A stretch of 64,000 nucleotides of DNA from an uncultured Spirochaetales bacterium (GTDB lineage Bacteria > Myxococcota_A > UBA9160 > SMWR01): the NCBI GenBank assembly GCA_964494795.1, contig CAZBSV010000074.1, positions 1,053 to 65,052 of the forward strand, read 5' to 3'. A program made the position numbers and the translations under genes. This document shows, one piece after another, positions 1 through 10,300 of the stretch (its first letter is position 1; each line of letters opens with the position of its first letter). The notes under the pieces were generated by a model, which saw only the letters and a program-made list of their open reading frames with translations, was not told where the DNA came from and made no database searches.

Positions 1-76
1 GGCGGGCGCGCACCCGCTCGACTTCGAGCCACGAGCGCTACTCGCTTTAGCGAGCCCTTTCCCGTACCGGGAGTGG

Positions 77-2419
77 ATGCATGGATGCGTCGCGATCGGT
101 GTGCTGTGGCAACGCACTGCTTCATGCGCGGCGGTTCTGCTGACACTGTTCGCGGCTGCCGCCTCCGCGAACAGCGACTGCAGATGCGTTCCCGAGCTGG
201 TGCTACCCGGAGGCAATCTCGCGAATCTGCGAGATGTGGCGGTTGGAGGAAAGGCTTCGAGGGTCAGCAAATCCGTCACGGTTCGTTTGCGAGCTGTGGA
301 TGTCTCACCCGGCAGCTGTACGGCTGGAGAGAGTTCCGATCCGGTCGCCGTGAGCCTTGCGCTGGAGGACGACGACGGTGATGTGATTCTCGATCGCGCA
401 GCGCCAGGGTTCGTGTGCACATCGGATGAGAAGACCAACGCGAAGTTTGTCGCCATCTTCGAGGGGCCCAAGAACTGCAAGAATTCGGCGGTACCCGATC
501 ACCAATCCAACGGCGCCATCCTGGGTTCCGTATCGACGGACGACGGTGGCGCATTGCTCTTTTCGCGGAAGATCCGCTGTGCCGAAGCCGTGCCCGTCGA
601 ATTCAGCTTCGATCCACCGCCCAATTATCATGTCACACAGGGCGATACGCTGAACTTCTCGGTCACCGCGGGCCGCAGAGACAGACCCGTGAGCGTTTCC
701 GCTTCTGGGCTGCCTGCGTCGGCCAGCTTCGACGGGACGAACGTCTCGTGGGTGGGCGGGTTCGGAGAAAGGGAAGACGGAAACTACGACGTCACATTCG
801 CGGCAGACGGCGAGACAGCGCTGATCAACATCGCAACCACCCAGTACCCGATCTCGAATATGGATCTAACCGATCTGTCTGGTGCAGTGATCCAAAACTC
901 GCTCCCGGTCCCGGTCGGTGGCCAGGCGCGGGTGATTGCCAAGCCGCGTTACGTCAACCCATTGGGGGTGCCGAACATCGGCGGACAGGGTGCGAACGCC
1001 TGGAACGATTTCGTTTGGTCGATCGACGCCAACTACATCGCCGACTTTCGAACCGCGACGAACGTAGCGGTGATCGAAGGGGCTGGCGGCGGAACCACCA
1101 AGATTCGTGCGACTTTCACGGATGCAGCGCTCGGGGTGGTGACCGCGTCCGCGACTTTGGAGTCCCTCGAAGTGATTTCGATCGCGATCAGTCCAGCTGA
1201 CTTTACTCTCCCGGAGGGTTCAACCGAGCCTCTGCGGGCGACGGCCACGCTCATGGGGGGCATTCAGACGGCGAATCTTGCGTTTGGCTGGCTGTCGTCG
1301 AATGAATCGATCGCGGATGTCGTTCCAGGCAGCGTCCTGGGGGTCGCCAACGTGACCGGCCACAGCCTCGGGACAGCGACCATCACTGCGTTCAACACGA
1401 ATGGCCCGGTCGTGCGTGGCACGACCAACGTCACCTCGGTGCCTGCGCGGCGGAGTCAAGATCTGTTCGCCATGGATCGACAACCGGCCGGAAGCCGGAT
1501 CGTCTCGATCGACACGGCGGGGAATACGCAATTTCACGCAGCGATGTCGGCTCCTTACAACGATCAATTCTGTTCGTCGAGTTCCCACACGACGAACGAA
1601 CTGATGGTAGGTGGCTTCGAGGCGAGCACCGGATTTTCCGAGATCCAGCGAATCGACGCACTCGGGAATGTGACGGATGTTTTCACGAGCACCACTGTCA
1701 CTCCGCTGGGTGATACGATCGACCTAGGGGCGGTTCGATATCGGCCCGATGGGGGGGCCTACTTCGCGATGTCCGAGGGGCAACACACGTTGACGTTCGC
1801 CGACGCACTCGGGAGGCTGACTCGCATCGAAGGGCCGAATGGAAACGACGGTTTCGGCCCGATCGCGATCGCGCCGTTCGGCAACGACCGGGTGTACTCG
1901 GGGCCCTGGGGCGTAGAGCTGCTCGGGCAGGGCAACCGGGTCGAGGGCTTCGCAGATCTCGTGGCTCGTTATGATGCTTCGGCACAATCGAACCAGTTTG
2001 TCGCGCGGATGGGGGTCTCGCAGCCGCGTTTGGCAGCGCCGGGTGGTGACCTTTGGATCCTCGACGGAGGCACTGGTCAGCTCTTCCGGTTCGAGGACCT
2101 CAATCGTGACGGGGACTATTACGAAATCAAGACGACGTCCTCAGGGGAGGAGGCTGTCAAGAATGCAGTGGATGATCCGGGCGAGAGAATCCTCGCGGGT
2201 CAGCTGCCGAGCGGTTTCGACGAGCTCCATCTGAACCCCACTACCGGCAACGTGATTGCCGTTCGAATCGTGGGCACCGTTCCGCAGCACATTTCGGTGA
2301 TGATTCTCGAGGACCTGAACGGCGATGGCGACGTGGACGATGCTGGGGAGCAGGCCGTCGTCTTCGATGCAGGTGCACCGCCGGGAACCGACGCCGCCGA
2401 CGTCCTAATGAAGTACTAA
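77..2419 (+). CDS. secreted protein with bacterial Ig-like (Big_2-type) repeat and C-terminal Ca-binding-like DxNxDGD motifs; function unknown
   Basis: 780-aa ORF. Hydrophobic signal-like N-terminus (AAVLLTLFAAAASA). Big_2-like segment (ISPADFTLPEGSTEPLRATATL...NESIADVV...GTATITAFN). Two DLNxDGD motifs near the C-terminus. Confidence 0.6.
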   Translation: MHGCVAIGVLWQRTASCAAVLLTLFAAAASANSDCRCVPELVLPGGNLANLRDVAVGGKASRVSKSVTVRLRAVDVSPGSCTAGESSDPVAVSLALEDDDGDVILDRAAPGFVCTSDEKTNAKFVAIFEGPKNCKNSAVPDHQSNGAILGSVSTDDGGALLFSRKIRCAEAVPVEFSFDPPPNYHVTQGDTLNFSVTAGRRDRPVSVSASGLPASASFDGTNVSWVGGFGEREDGNYDVTFAADGETALINIATTQYPISNMDLTDLSGAVIQNSLPVPVGGQARVIAKPRYVNPLGVPNIGGQGANAWNDFVWSIDANYIADFRTATNVAVIEGAGGGTTKIRATFTDAALGVVTASATLESLEVISIAISPADFTLPEGSTEPLRATATLMGGIQTANLAFGWLSSNESIADVVPGSVLGVANVTGHSLGTATITAFNTNGPVVRGTTNVTSVPARRSQDLFAMDRQPAGSRIVSIDTAGNTQFHAAMSAPYNDQFCSSSSHTTNELMVGGFEASTGFSEIQRIDALGNVTDVFTSTTVTPLGDTIDLGAVRYRPDGGAYFAMSEGQHTLTFADALGRLTRIEGPNGNDGFGPIAIAPFGNDRVYSGPWGVELLGQGNRVEGFADLVARYDASAQSNQFVARMGVSQPRLAAPGGDLWILDGGTGQLFRFEDLNRDGDYYEIKTTSSGEEAVKNAVDDPGERILAGQLPSGFDELHLNPTTGNVIAVRIVGTVPQHISVMILEDLNGDGDVDDAGEQAVVFDAGAPPGTDAADVLMKY

Positions 2420-2472
2420 ACGCGGATTCGCGCAGCCGAATCATTGGACCCGGCCAGCGTGAATTGGTGGTC

Positions 2473-2574
2473 GAGATTTGCGGCAATGTCTTCGCGGCGC
2501 CACAGCGCGGTGATGCTCGGCTCGCCCCGCAGCCCTTCGATCACGATCCGGATCTTCTCTTCAGCGGAAAACCG
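2473..2574 (-). pseudogene. IS3-family transposase OrfA fragment (HTH part only)
   Basis: Inside ORF 2416..2679. The segment RFSAEEKIRIVIEGLRGEPSITALWRREDIAANL matches the conserved IS3/IS911 OrfA N-terminal motif and then diverges. There is no OrfB and no inverted repeats. Confidence 0.5.
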
Positions 2575-2599
2575 CCATCGAATCTTGGCGCTGCTGCTA

Positions 2600-2631
2600 A
2601 CCGGCGCTGGACCGGCGCTGGACCGGCGCTG
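2600..2631. repeat. 11-nt tandem repeat accggcgctgg, about 2.9 copies
   Basis: Read directly: accggcgctgg accggcgctgg accggcgctga. Confidence 0.8.
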
Positions 2632-2680
2632 ACCAGTTGTCTGCCGTTCCGCGAAATGGGCGTAAATACTTGGAATCAAA

Positions 2681-2722
2681 TGGAGCGCGAGGCGGGATTC
2701 GAACCCGCGACCCTCAGCTTGG
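2681..2722 (-). repeat. 42-nt duplicate of the 3' end of tRNA-Gly(CCC); att-like direct repeat
   Basis: tggagcgcgaggcgggattcgaacccgcgaccctcagcttgg matches 5803..5844 of the intact tRNA with 1 mismatch, in the same orientation. It covers CCA, acceptor 3' arm, T-arm and part of the anticodon stem only. Confidence 0.85.
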
Positions 2723-2762
2723 AAAAGCGCAAGAGGCCCAAGAAGTAACGCCTAGTTACACC

Positions 2763-3032
2763 TCCTCCCTTGTCGCTCTTGTGCCCTCGGCTCTGCGTAA
2801 TCCCGGTAACCACGATCTCGTCCACGTGCGGGCTCAGCGTCTCGTATAGCCAGGCACTCTGCAGCCCTTCCTCGAAGACCAGATGCTTGTGTCCGGGAAT
2901 CATCCGCACCGCCTCGACGAGCGCCTGGCCGTTGGTCTCGGCCGGAAAATCCCGAAGCTTCCGGCCCTTCTCGGAAATCACCGCCAGCGTGCAGCTCGCG
3001 GCGTGTACGTCCATCCCGATGTAGCGTTCCAT
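2763..3032 (-). pseudogene. IS110-family transposase, N-terminal fragment only
   Basis: MERYIGMDVHAASCTLAVISEKGRKLRDFPAETNGQALVEAV... is typical of the IS110 DEDD transposase N-terminus, with a GAGGAGG RBS upstream. Homology stops after about 90 aa, where the reading frame runs into the tRNA-derived repeat. Confidence 0.65.
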
Positions 3033-3197
3033 CGGTGCCTCCTCTCGTTGGGTGTTGTTGACTCCGCAACTCGAGGATGCCCGGTGAGGCCGGGAGGCAC
3101 CAACCTTCGTGCTCTCGGGGACTTACGTCACGAACCGCAGGCGCCATACCCATATGATGCTTATGATCATTCTGTCCACGACCAGAGGAGCCCGCGA

Positions 3198-3884
3198 ATG
3201 GCGCTGTTCGAACGAGAAGAAACTGATTTCGGTTCTGATGTCGCCACGCGCGCGCTGTCGGTGACCGCCGTCGAGAACGACTTCGTCGAAGGCGTTTACG
3301 AGAAAATCGCCAGGGTCTACGATTTGACCTTTGGCCCGACGCTGCATCCGGGGCGTCTGGTTGCCCTCGAGCAGATGGGCATCACGCCAGGTGACCGGAT
3401 CCTCGAGGTTGGCATCGGCACCGGCATCAATGTGTCCCTCTACCCGCGCCACTGCCACGTCACGGGGATTGATTTCTCGGCAAAGATGCTCGAGAAGGCG
3501 CGGGAGCGAGTGGCCCGGAAGGGGCTCTCGAACGTCTCGTTGCACGAGATGGATGCCGCGCGCCTCAGCTTTGCGGATGGATCCTTCGACATCGTCTACG
3601 CTCCGTACGTGATCAGCGTGGTCTCCGATCCCGTTCGGGTCGTCCGCGAGATGCGCCGCGTCTGCCGGCCGGGCGGCAAGATCATCGTCTTGAACCATTT
3701 CAGGAGTCTGAACCCGATCCTGTCCAGGATCGAGCGGGCCATCTCGCCCTTCACCGTCCACATTGGCTTCAAGGCGGATCTCGACCTGCCCGGCTTCCTC
3801 GCGCAGGCGGAGTTGCGGCCCATTTCCATCCAAAAGGTGAGCTTTCCGCCGATCTGGTCGCTCATCAGCTGTCTCAAGGACTGA
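3198..3884 (+). CDS. class I SAM-dependent methyltransferase, PmtA-like (phospholipid N-methyltransferase family)
   Basis: ATG at 3198 preceded by GAGGAG. SAM motif ILEVGIGTGIN. The pattern VYDLTFG...GIDFSAKMLEKA...MDAARLSFADGSFDIVYAPYVISVVSDP...RVCRPGGKIIVLNH resembles rhizobial-type PmtA. Confidence 0.75.
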   Translation: MALFEREETDFGSDVATRALSVTAVENDFVEGVYEKIARVYDLTFGPTLHPGRLVALEQMGITPGDRILEVGIGTGINVSLYPRHCHVTGIDFSAKMLEKARERVARKGLSNVSLHEMDAARLSFADGSFDIVYAPYVISVVSDPVRVVREMRRVCRPGGKIIVLNHFRSLNPILSRIERAISPFTVHIGFKADLDLPGFLAQAELRPISIQKVSFPPIWSLISCLKD

Positions 3885-3898
3885 TCACTTCCCGGTAA

Positions 3899-4150
3899 GC
3901 GCTTCGCGAACCCCATGTTTCGGATGACGTAGAACGTCGCATTCTGCTTCCTCGCCTGTCCGCGACAGCGAAATTTTCCACGCTGGCAGTACCGGCCATA
4001 CGGGCCTCGGTGCGGGTCGTTGACCCCGATCAATCGATCGCTGACGTGCGCATGATGGACGAGATGCTCGAGCGATCCGTTGGGCGGCAGCACTTGACCG
4101 CGCTGGAGACCCTCCTGTTTCAGGTCAGCGCCACCGATCCGGCAACGTAC
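3899..4150 (+). pseudogene. possible remnant of an FtsX/MacB-type ABC permease with an internal deletion
   Basis: The frame reads ...AIRASVRVVDPDQSIADVRMMDEMLERSVGRQ directly joined to LLFQVSATDPATY. Both are conserved motifs of ADOP/MacB-like permeases, but the transmembrane helices between them are missing and there is no credible start. Confidence 0.35.
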
Positions 4151-4299
4151 ATCCAATGCGGGGAGTCCTCGGGTTCAAGCAGTCAACGCAACACATTCGC
4201 GCTCGCGCGCCGGCCGTAGCAGAATCGGCTCTTGGAACGGTTACGCTGCCAATGAGCGGCGCCGCTACGCTGTGCCCCGCCTCACCGCAAAGGACCCAC

Positions 4300-5691
4300 A
4301 TGGCCATCGAAGCCACCGCTGCCACGAGCGGCGTCGCCCCCGCCGAGCCGCTCGCGGACCGGAAGACGCTGCGCCGAGTGCTTGTCGCCGCCTCCGTCGG
4401 CACCCTGTTCGAGTGGTACGACTTCTACCTCTACGGCAGCCTCGCGATCTTCTTCGGCGCGTTGTTCTTCCCTTCCGGTAACGAGACGGCACAGTTGCTT
4501 GCGAGCCTCGCGACGTTCGGCGCGGGCTTCGGCGTGCGGCCGCTCGGCGCCATCGTCTTCGGCCACATCGGCGATCTCGTCGGCCGCAAGTACACGTTCC
4601 TCATCACGATGGTGACGATGGGCTTGAGCACGGCGCTCGTCGGCTTCCTGCCGACTTACGCGACCGCCGGGCTCGCCGCGACCGGGTTGCTCGTGCTGCT
4701 GCGCCTGCTGCAAGGCTTGGCGCTCGGCGGCGAGTACGGCGGCGCGGCCACGTACATCGCCGAGCACGTGCCCGATGCGAAACGGGGCTATTACACGAGC
4801 TTCATCCAAACGACGGCCACGCTCGGCTTCTTCTTGAGCATGGGCGTGATCGGCGCGACGCGCATCTGGTTGGGCGAGGAGGCGTTTCGCGAGTACGGCT
4901 GGCGTATCCCGTTCCTGCTGTCGTTCGTGTTGCTCGGCGTGTCACTCTACATCCGGCTCAAGATGAAGGAGTCGCCGCTGTTCACGAAGCTCAAGCAGAG
5001 CGGTGGCACGGCCAAGAATCCGCTCAAGGAGAGCTTCACGAACCCCGTCAATCTCAAGTACGTGCTCCTCGCATTGTTCGGGGCAACGGCGGGCCAGGGC
5101 GTTGTCTGGTACACGGGCCAGTTCTACGCGCTCACGTTCCTGCAGAACGCGCTTGGGCTAGTGTGGAGCGACGCCTACATCATCATGTCGATCGCGCTGC
5201 TGATCACGACGCCGCTCTTCATCGCGTTCGGCGCGTGGTCCGATCGCATCGGCCGCAAGAGGATCATGCTCGGCGGTTGCGCGCTGGGCGCCGTCACCTA
5301 CGTGCCAATCTACATGGCGATGGACTACTTCTCCGATCCGCTCAACTGGCCCGCGATGATCATGCTACTCGCGGTCCAGATGGTGTACGTCTGCATGGTC
5401 TACGGGCCGATCGCGGCATTTCTCGTCGAGCTCTTTCCGACCAAAATCCGCTACACGTCCATGTCGCTGCCGTATCACATAGGGAACGGTTGGTTCGGCG
5501 GCTTTCTGCCGCTGATCGCCACGGCCGTGACGGCGTCGACGTGGGCTCGCGATACGTTCGGCGAGGGTGCGATCTACACGGGGTTGTTGTACCCGATCGG
5601 CGTCTGCATTCTGACGGTGGTGGTGGGATCGCTGTACGTCCGTGAGACGAAGGACCACCGCATCGATGCGGTGGACCCCCGGAAACATTGA
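4300..5691 (+). CDS. MFS transporter, metabolite:H+ symporter (ProP/KgtP-like) family
   Basis: ATG 4300 with AAGGA RBS. Motifs FEWYDFYLYG, GHIGDLVGRKYTF and LQGLALGGEYGGAATYIAEH. About 12 hydrophobic segments. Confidence 0.85.
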   Translation: MAIEATAATSGVAPAEPLADRKTLRRVLVAASVGTLFEWYDFYLYGSLAIFFGALFFPSGNETAQLLASLATFGAGFGVRPLGAIVFGHIGDLVGRKYTFLITMVTMGLSTALVGFLPTYATAGLAATGLLVLLRLLQGLALGGEYGGAATYIAEHVPDAKRGYYTSFIQTTATLGFFLSMGVIGATRIWLGEEAFREYGWRIPFLLSFVLLGVSLYIRLKMKESPLFTKLKQSGGTAKNPLKESFTNPVNLKYVLLALFGATAGQGVVWYTGQFYALTFLQNALGLVWSDAYIIMSIALLITTPLFIAFGAWSDRIGRKRIMLGGCALGAVTYVPIYMAMDYFSDPLNWPAMIMLLAVQMVYVCMVYGPIAAFLVELFPTKIRYTSMSLPYHIGNGWFGGFLPLIATAVTASTWARDTFGEGAIYTGLLYPIGVCILTVVVGSLYVRETKDHRIDAVDPRKH

Positions 5692-5802
5692 AGAACGTAC
5701 GCGGCTGCGCCTAAGCGTCGAACGGAGAGGCGGCGCCGGTGAGGTCGAGTGCCACAAACAACAACGCCCCCGGCACAAGTCAGCGAGGGCGAACAGGTTT
5801 AT

Positions 5803-5878
5803 TGGAGCGCGAGACGGGATTCGAACCCGCGACCCTCAGCTTGGGAAGCTGATGCTCTACCAACTGAGCTACTCGCGC
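5803..5878 (-). tRNA. tRNA-Gly (anticodon CCC)
   Basis: The minus strand reads GCGCGAGTAGCTCAGTTGGTAGAGCATCAGCTTCCCAAGCTGAGGGTCGCGGGTTCGAATCCCGTCTCGCGCTCCA. It folds as a cloverleaf with anticodon loop TTCCCAA and an encoded CCA. Confidence 0.95.
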
Positions 5879-5935
5879 CCGCCCCCGAAGACTGGCACGG
5901 CGCTGCCAGCAAGGCAACCGCTGAAGCGCGCCCGT

Positions 5936-6226
5936 TCAGCCCTCTCGGTAGGTGGTGTGCGTGGGGCGGGCGGTCAGGATGTTCTGCTTGCCCCAGTCGG
6001 TGACCTTCTTGAAGGCCTCGGAGCGGATGAAGCCCCCGAAGGCCTCGTCACTCTCCCAGCGAGACACGATCAGGTAGACGGGCGCACCCTGGTCGACCCG
6101 TCGATAGACATGGGATTCCGCGTGGCCGTCGATGCTCTGCATCAGATCGATGACCTTCGCGCAAGCGGCCTCGAAGATCGCGCCCTTGCCTTCGTGGACG
6201 AAATAATTCATTCCGATGGTAACCAC
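5936..6226 (-). CDS. antibiotic biosynthesis monooxygenase (ABM) domain protein
   Basis: 96 aa. The pattern GMNYFVHEGKGAIFEAA...YLIVSRWESDEAFGGFIRSEAF is typical of ABM/Dabb-fold proteins. Confidence 0.7.
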   Translation of the reverse strand: MVTIGMNYFVHEGKGAIFEAACAKVIDLMQSIDGHAESHVYRRVDQGAPVYLIVSRWESDEAFGGFIRSEAFKKVTDWGKQNILTARPTHTTYREG

Positions 6227-6313
6227 CGACCCGCCCTCCGCTGAACTCGAGTGCGGGCAGGATAGCCACGCCGCGCTGCGGCGGGCAATCGGCGAACGCC
6301 GTGCGGCGAGCGA

Positions 6314-7375
6314 TCAGTCGTCGAGCAGCTCGACCAGCAGATCTTCCGGCTCGTCGTCGTCGAACTTCGGCGGCCCCGCGCTGGCGCTCGCCGGGGAGCT
6401 GCTGAATCTTGGGATCGGCGCGCTACCGGCCAGTCGAGCGGACTTGACCATCGACGCCAACTCGGGATCCAGTTCGCTCAGGGTCTGTTGCAGTTCGGGG
6501 TCGGCCGCCTCGATCGGCGATCCCGCCCGGCTCGACGCGCCCGCGCCCGCGCCCGAAACCACCGCCGCCCAGCCGAGGTCTCGGTGTGCGCGCTCGACGT
6601 CGATGCGAGTCATCCGATTGCGGCCGCACAGGAAGGCCTCGAAGAGCGCATTGTCGGCCAGCGTGTTGATCAAGCCCGGGTATCCGCGCCCGAATTCGTG
6701 AAGCGCGATTACGGCTGCCCGATCGAGGATGTCCGGATCGCCGCCCGCCTGGCGGACGCGATGCGCGAGATAGCCGGAAGCGGCATCGAGATCGAGCGCA
6801 CCGAGTGCCGCGCGGACATCGATTCGGTGGGCGAGCGAAGGGTCCGCGCTCAGCGATCGATCGAGAATCTCCTGGCCAGCCAGCACGAGCGACAGCAAGC
6901 GCCGATCCTCGTACTCGAGCCTGAGCAGGCTGCAGACTTCTGCCAGCGCCCCGCGCTTGGCGAGTGCATGCGCGTCATCGATGATCAGCACTGGCTGTCG
7001 ACCTTCTTCACGAACGATGGCGAGCTGGTCGTAGATCTGCGCAATCATGCTCTCGCGCTCCGGCGCGGGGTCTTCGACGCCCAGCTGCCGGGCAAAACGC
7101 TTGAGCATCCAATTAGCGTCGGCCGCAGCGTCGAGCACCACCATCATGCTCGCTTCGAAAACCTCTTCTTCGAGACATTCGAGCAGCCGGCGCACCAGCA
7201 TCGTTTTGCCGCTGCCGGTCTCTCCCGTGAGCACGCAGAGGCCCTTGCCCTGGCGAACGCCCCGCTCCAGGCGTCGCAGTGCGCCTTCGTGCGGGTCGCT
7301 CGCGAAATACGCTTTCAGCTGCGGCTCGTTGCGAAAGGGATCTCCGCTGAGTCGGAAATGATGAAGATGATCCAC
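6314..7375 (-). CDS. ExeA/GspA/MshM-like AAA ATPase
   Basis: N-terminal FRLSGDPF motif. Walker A GETGSGKT, Walker B VLIIDDAH. RLLSLVLAGQ...L pattern as in ExeA-family secretion/pilus ATPases. Confidence 0.75.
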   Translation of the reverse strand: MDHLHHFRLSGDPFRNEPQLKAYFASDPHEGALRRLERGVRQGKGLCVLTGETGSGKTMLVRRLLECLEEEVFEASMMVVLDAAADANWMLKRFARQLGVEDPAPERESMIAQIYDQLAIVREEGRQPVLIIDDAHALAKRGALAEVCSLLRLEYEDRRLLSLVLAGQEILDRSLSADPSLAHRIDVRAALGALDLDAASGYLAHRVRQAGGDPDILDRAAVIALHEFGRGYPGLINTLADNALFEAFLCGRNRMTRIDVERAHRDLGWAAVVSGAGAGASSRAGSPIEAADPELQQTLSELDPELASMVKSARLAGSAPIPRFSSSPASASAGPPKFDDDEPEDLLVELLDD

Positions 7376-7386
7376 GTGCAGCTACC

Positions 7387-10300
7387 TCAGACGAAAGAAA
7401 TCTTCTTCTTGCGCCGCTTGGGGGTTTTCTCAGCCGATTCGTCGGCTTCGACGAGATCGCCAGCGTCCTCTTCGCCAACGGGCCCGGAAGAAGCGCCTTT
7501 CTCTGCCGCCCCGGATCTCGACTCCGCGCTGTCTGCAGCCTCGACCTCCGCGACGACATCGTCGAAGCTCTCCCAAATCGGAGGCGCCTCGGTGGCAGCG
7601 CCGGCTTGCGTCGCGGCCTTGGACTCGATCGCCGCGAGCTGGGTCTCGATCGGCGCGGACTGGGTCGCGATCGGCGCGGAATCGTCGAGATCCCCGAGGA
7701 ACTCGTCGAACGATTCGTATTCGTCGGTGTCAACGCTCGCGCCTTCGCGCGGATCGGATTCCTCGGACTTCTGGAGCTCTGCGAGCCGCGACGCAACGTC
7801 CGCGAAATTCGGATCCAATGCTTGAACTTCTTCATACGCCATGCGTGCCGACGCGATATCCCCGGTCGCTTCGTACGACTTTCCGAGATCCAACTTGAGC
7901 GCAAAAATCATCTCGTTGGAAAGCCCACTCGATGCGAGCGCTTCCTTGAGATGGCCAATCGCTTGCTCCGGCTCACCCGTGTCTTGCGCGCACATTCCCA
8001 GCAGATGGAGACAGCCGATGCGGCGCTCCGGGTCGCCCATCGCGAGCCGAAATTCTCCAATCGCATCGCTGAACAGACCCATCTCCCGATACGCGATTCC
8101 GAGATCGTAGTGGGCTTGATAATCTCCCTCAGACAGCGCCGCACTGACTCCCTTCTTGAACTCGGCAAAGACCGAAGCGAAGCCATCTTCCGAAGTGTTC
8201 CCGCGGCCCGCGGCTCGATCGATTCTCGACGAAGAAGCGCCCGCATCCCGATCGAGCGACTGGCTCAGTTCAGCGGCCAGATCGAACCCGAACGGGTCGC
8301 CGTCCGGTTCGGGTGCGTGGCCCTGTACGGGTGCGTGGCCCTGTTCGGGTGCGTGGTCGTGTTCGGCTGCGTGGTCGTCGGAAGCCTCGGCGAGAGCCGC
8401 AACGGAATCCGCGCGCCCTGCATCCGCTACCGACTCGCCCGGGGTCTCCGACACTTTGGGAACACTCGCGAGCGAACCCGTCTCATCCTGTTCGTCCGAC
8501 TGGGATTGGTCTTCCGCTGCATCGTCGCCGAGATTCGAGTCGAGATCGAGTTCGCCGGAATCCTCGAATCCGAGATCGGCCGCAAAATCTTTTGCGGCTT
8601 CGTCGCGCGCTCCCGCTGCAACGCTTTCTGCTTTCGCATCTCCGGCTTCAACGGCCTCGGCGCCTTTCAGCAGCGCGGTCTCGCGGGCGATCGCAGCGGT
8701 GGCGCCCAGATTGCCCTGCCAGTTCGCGAGATCCTCGCCGATATCCGATCCCGCCAACGCCGCCGATTCGCCATTCTCGGGCTCGGAATTTGCTGCCGTC
8801 GTCGCCGGAGCGCCGACCCCCGGTCCAGCATGATGCCCGCGCTGGGCGGAAATTTCCCCGAGCCGGACCATCGCGTGCGGGTGATTCGGCAGCAGCGCGA
8901 CGATCCGCGAATAGACGGCCTCAGCTTCATCGAGCAGACCCTGCTCCAGGTAGAAGTCCGCTTCTTCGAGATCCTCCGCGACCTTCTCCGGGCTTGCATT
9001 GCTTTCGCTCGGGCCGGAAAACGTCATCGCGTCGCTGTCGACTTCGGCGTCGTCGACGGCGTCCTCGTCGCCTGCAGCGCCGTGGCGGACCGAAATGTCG
9101 GTGATACTGATCTCGTCCAGCTCGGCGTCGCCGGCCGAACCCAGGCCGCCCGCTGCCGCGGCGAGACTCGATTGGCCTGTCGACGCGTCGCTTGCGGAGG
9201 GCTGCGCGAAGCTCGCGTCGTCGATGTCGATCTCGATGTCGATTCCGTGGACCGAAATCTCCGCGAGATCGAGTTCGGGTAGTTCCGAATCATCGAATCG
9301 TGCGGTTTCCGGATCCAGCGTCACACCGGCCGGATCATCGGGTATGGACAATTCATCCGAGGATTCCCCGCTGAGATCGTCTGCGATCCCCTGCCTACCG
9401 GGAGCCGATCCGGTCGCGCGGGGAGTCGGTCCGGCCGCGCGTGGAGCCGATTCGGTCGCGCGGGGAGTCGATCCGGCCACGCGGGGAGCCGATCCGGTCG
9501 CGCGGGGAGCCGGTCCGGCCGCGCGGGGAGTCGGTCCGGCCACGCGGGGAGCCGATCCGGCCGCGCGCGCAACCGACAGCTCGAGTTTCCCGGCGGCCGT
9601 CGGATCGAGCGCCGCGACTCGGCTGCGGAGCAACTCTGCCGAACCGACCTCTCCCGATTCGGCAGCCAATCTCGCCGCTCGAGACCACATCTCGACGGCC
9701 TTCGCGACGTCATCTCCCTCCGCGTAGGCCTCGCCGAGTTTTTCCAATGCCAGGCGGTGATCGAGATCGCGCGCGAGAATGCTCTCGAGGTTCGCGATGG
9801 CCTGATTGCGCTTCCCGTAGCGAAGATAGACGCTCGCTTCGGCCAGCAGCTGACCGACATCGATCTCGTCATCCCGTGGTCCTGAATCGCCCGCGGGCTT
9901 CTTAGCCAGCGAACCATTGGGCGAGAGGCGCGTCATTTCATTCGAGTCGGAGATCGGACTCAACGGACCCGAGCGAATATCGTCCAGATCTCCGTCGCGG
10001 CTCAGAATGCCGAACCCAGAATCGTCATCCGAAACCAGCAGGGTCGTATCGGACAGCAGGTCTCCATCGAGAAGCGTCGTCTCATCGCCAATCAACAGAT
10101 CGTCCAGCAGCTCATCGTCGCCGAGTTTTTCGTCGTCACTGATGTAACCGTTGGGTGTATCCTTCGAGCCGATCTCGTCGAGAGGCACGTAGCGCTGCAA
10201 GATCTCGCGAGTGCGTTCTTCATCGCCACGTTCGCGATAGAGCTCCGCCAACTCGCGATACAGAGCCACGAGATCCTCGTCGCGCTTCTCGAGCCGGTAG

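Noticed and set aside
73-381. 102-aa ORF overlapping the start of the first gene
   Set aside because: It is an alternate frame of the 780-aa secreted protein gene, with an Arg-rich nonsense-like translation.
2681-2722. Possible second tRNA gene
   Set aside because: Only the 3' 42 nt of a tRNA is present, with no D-arm or anticodon loop. It is interpreted as an att-type duplicate, not a gene.
3596-4156. 186-aa minus-strand ORF spanning the methyltransferase 3' end
   Set aside because: It overlaps the well-supported methyltransferase in antisense and has no recognisable motifs. The plus strand in 3899-4150 shows permease-remnant motifs instead.
5893-5910. TGGCACGGCGCTGCC, a sigma-54-like motif
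   Set aside because: The GG-to-GC spacing is 9 nt rather than 10, and no plus-strand gene lies downstream. The sequence also forms a CTGGCA/TGCCAG hairpin after the ABM gene.
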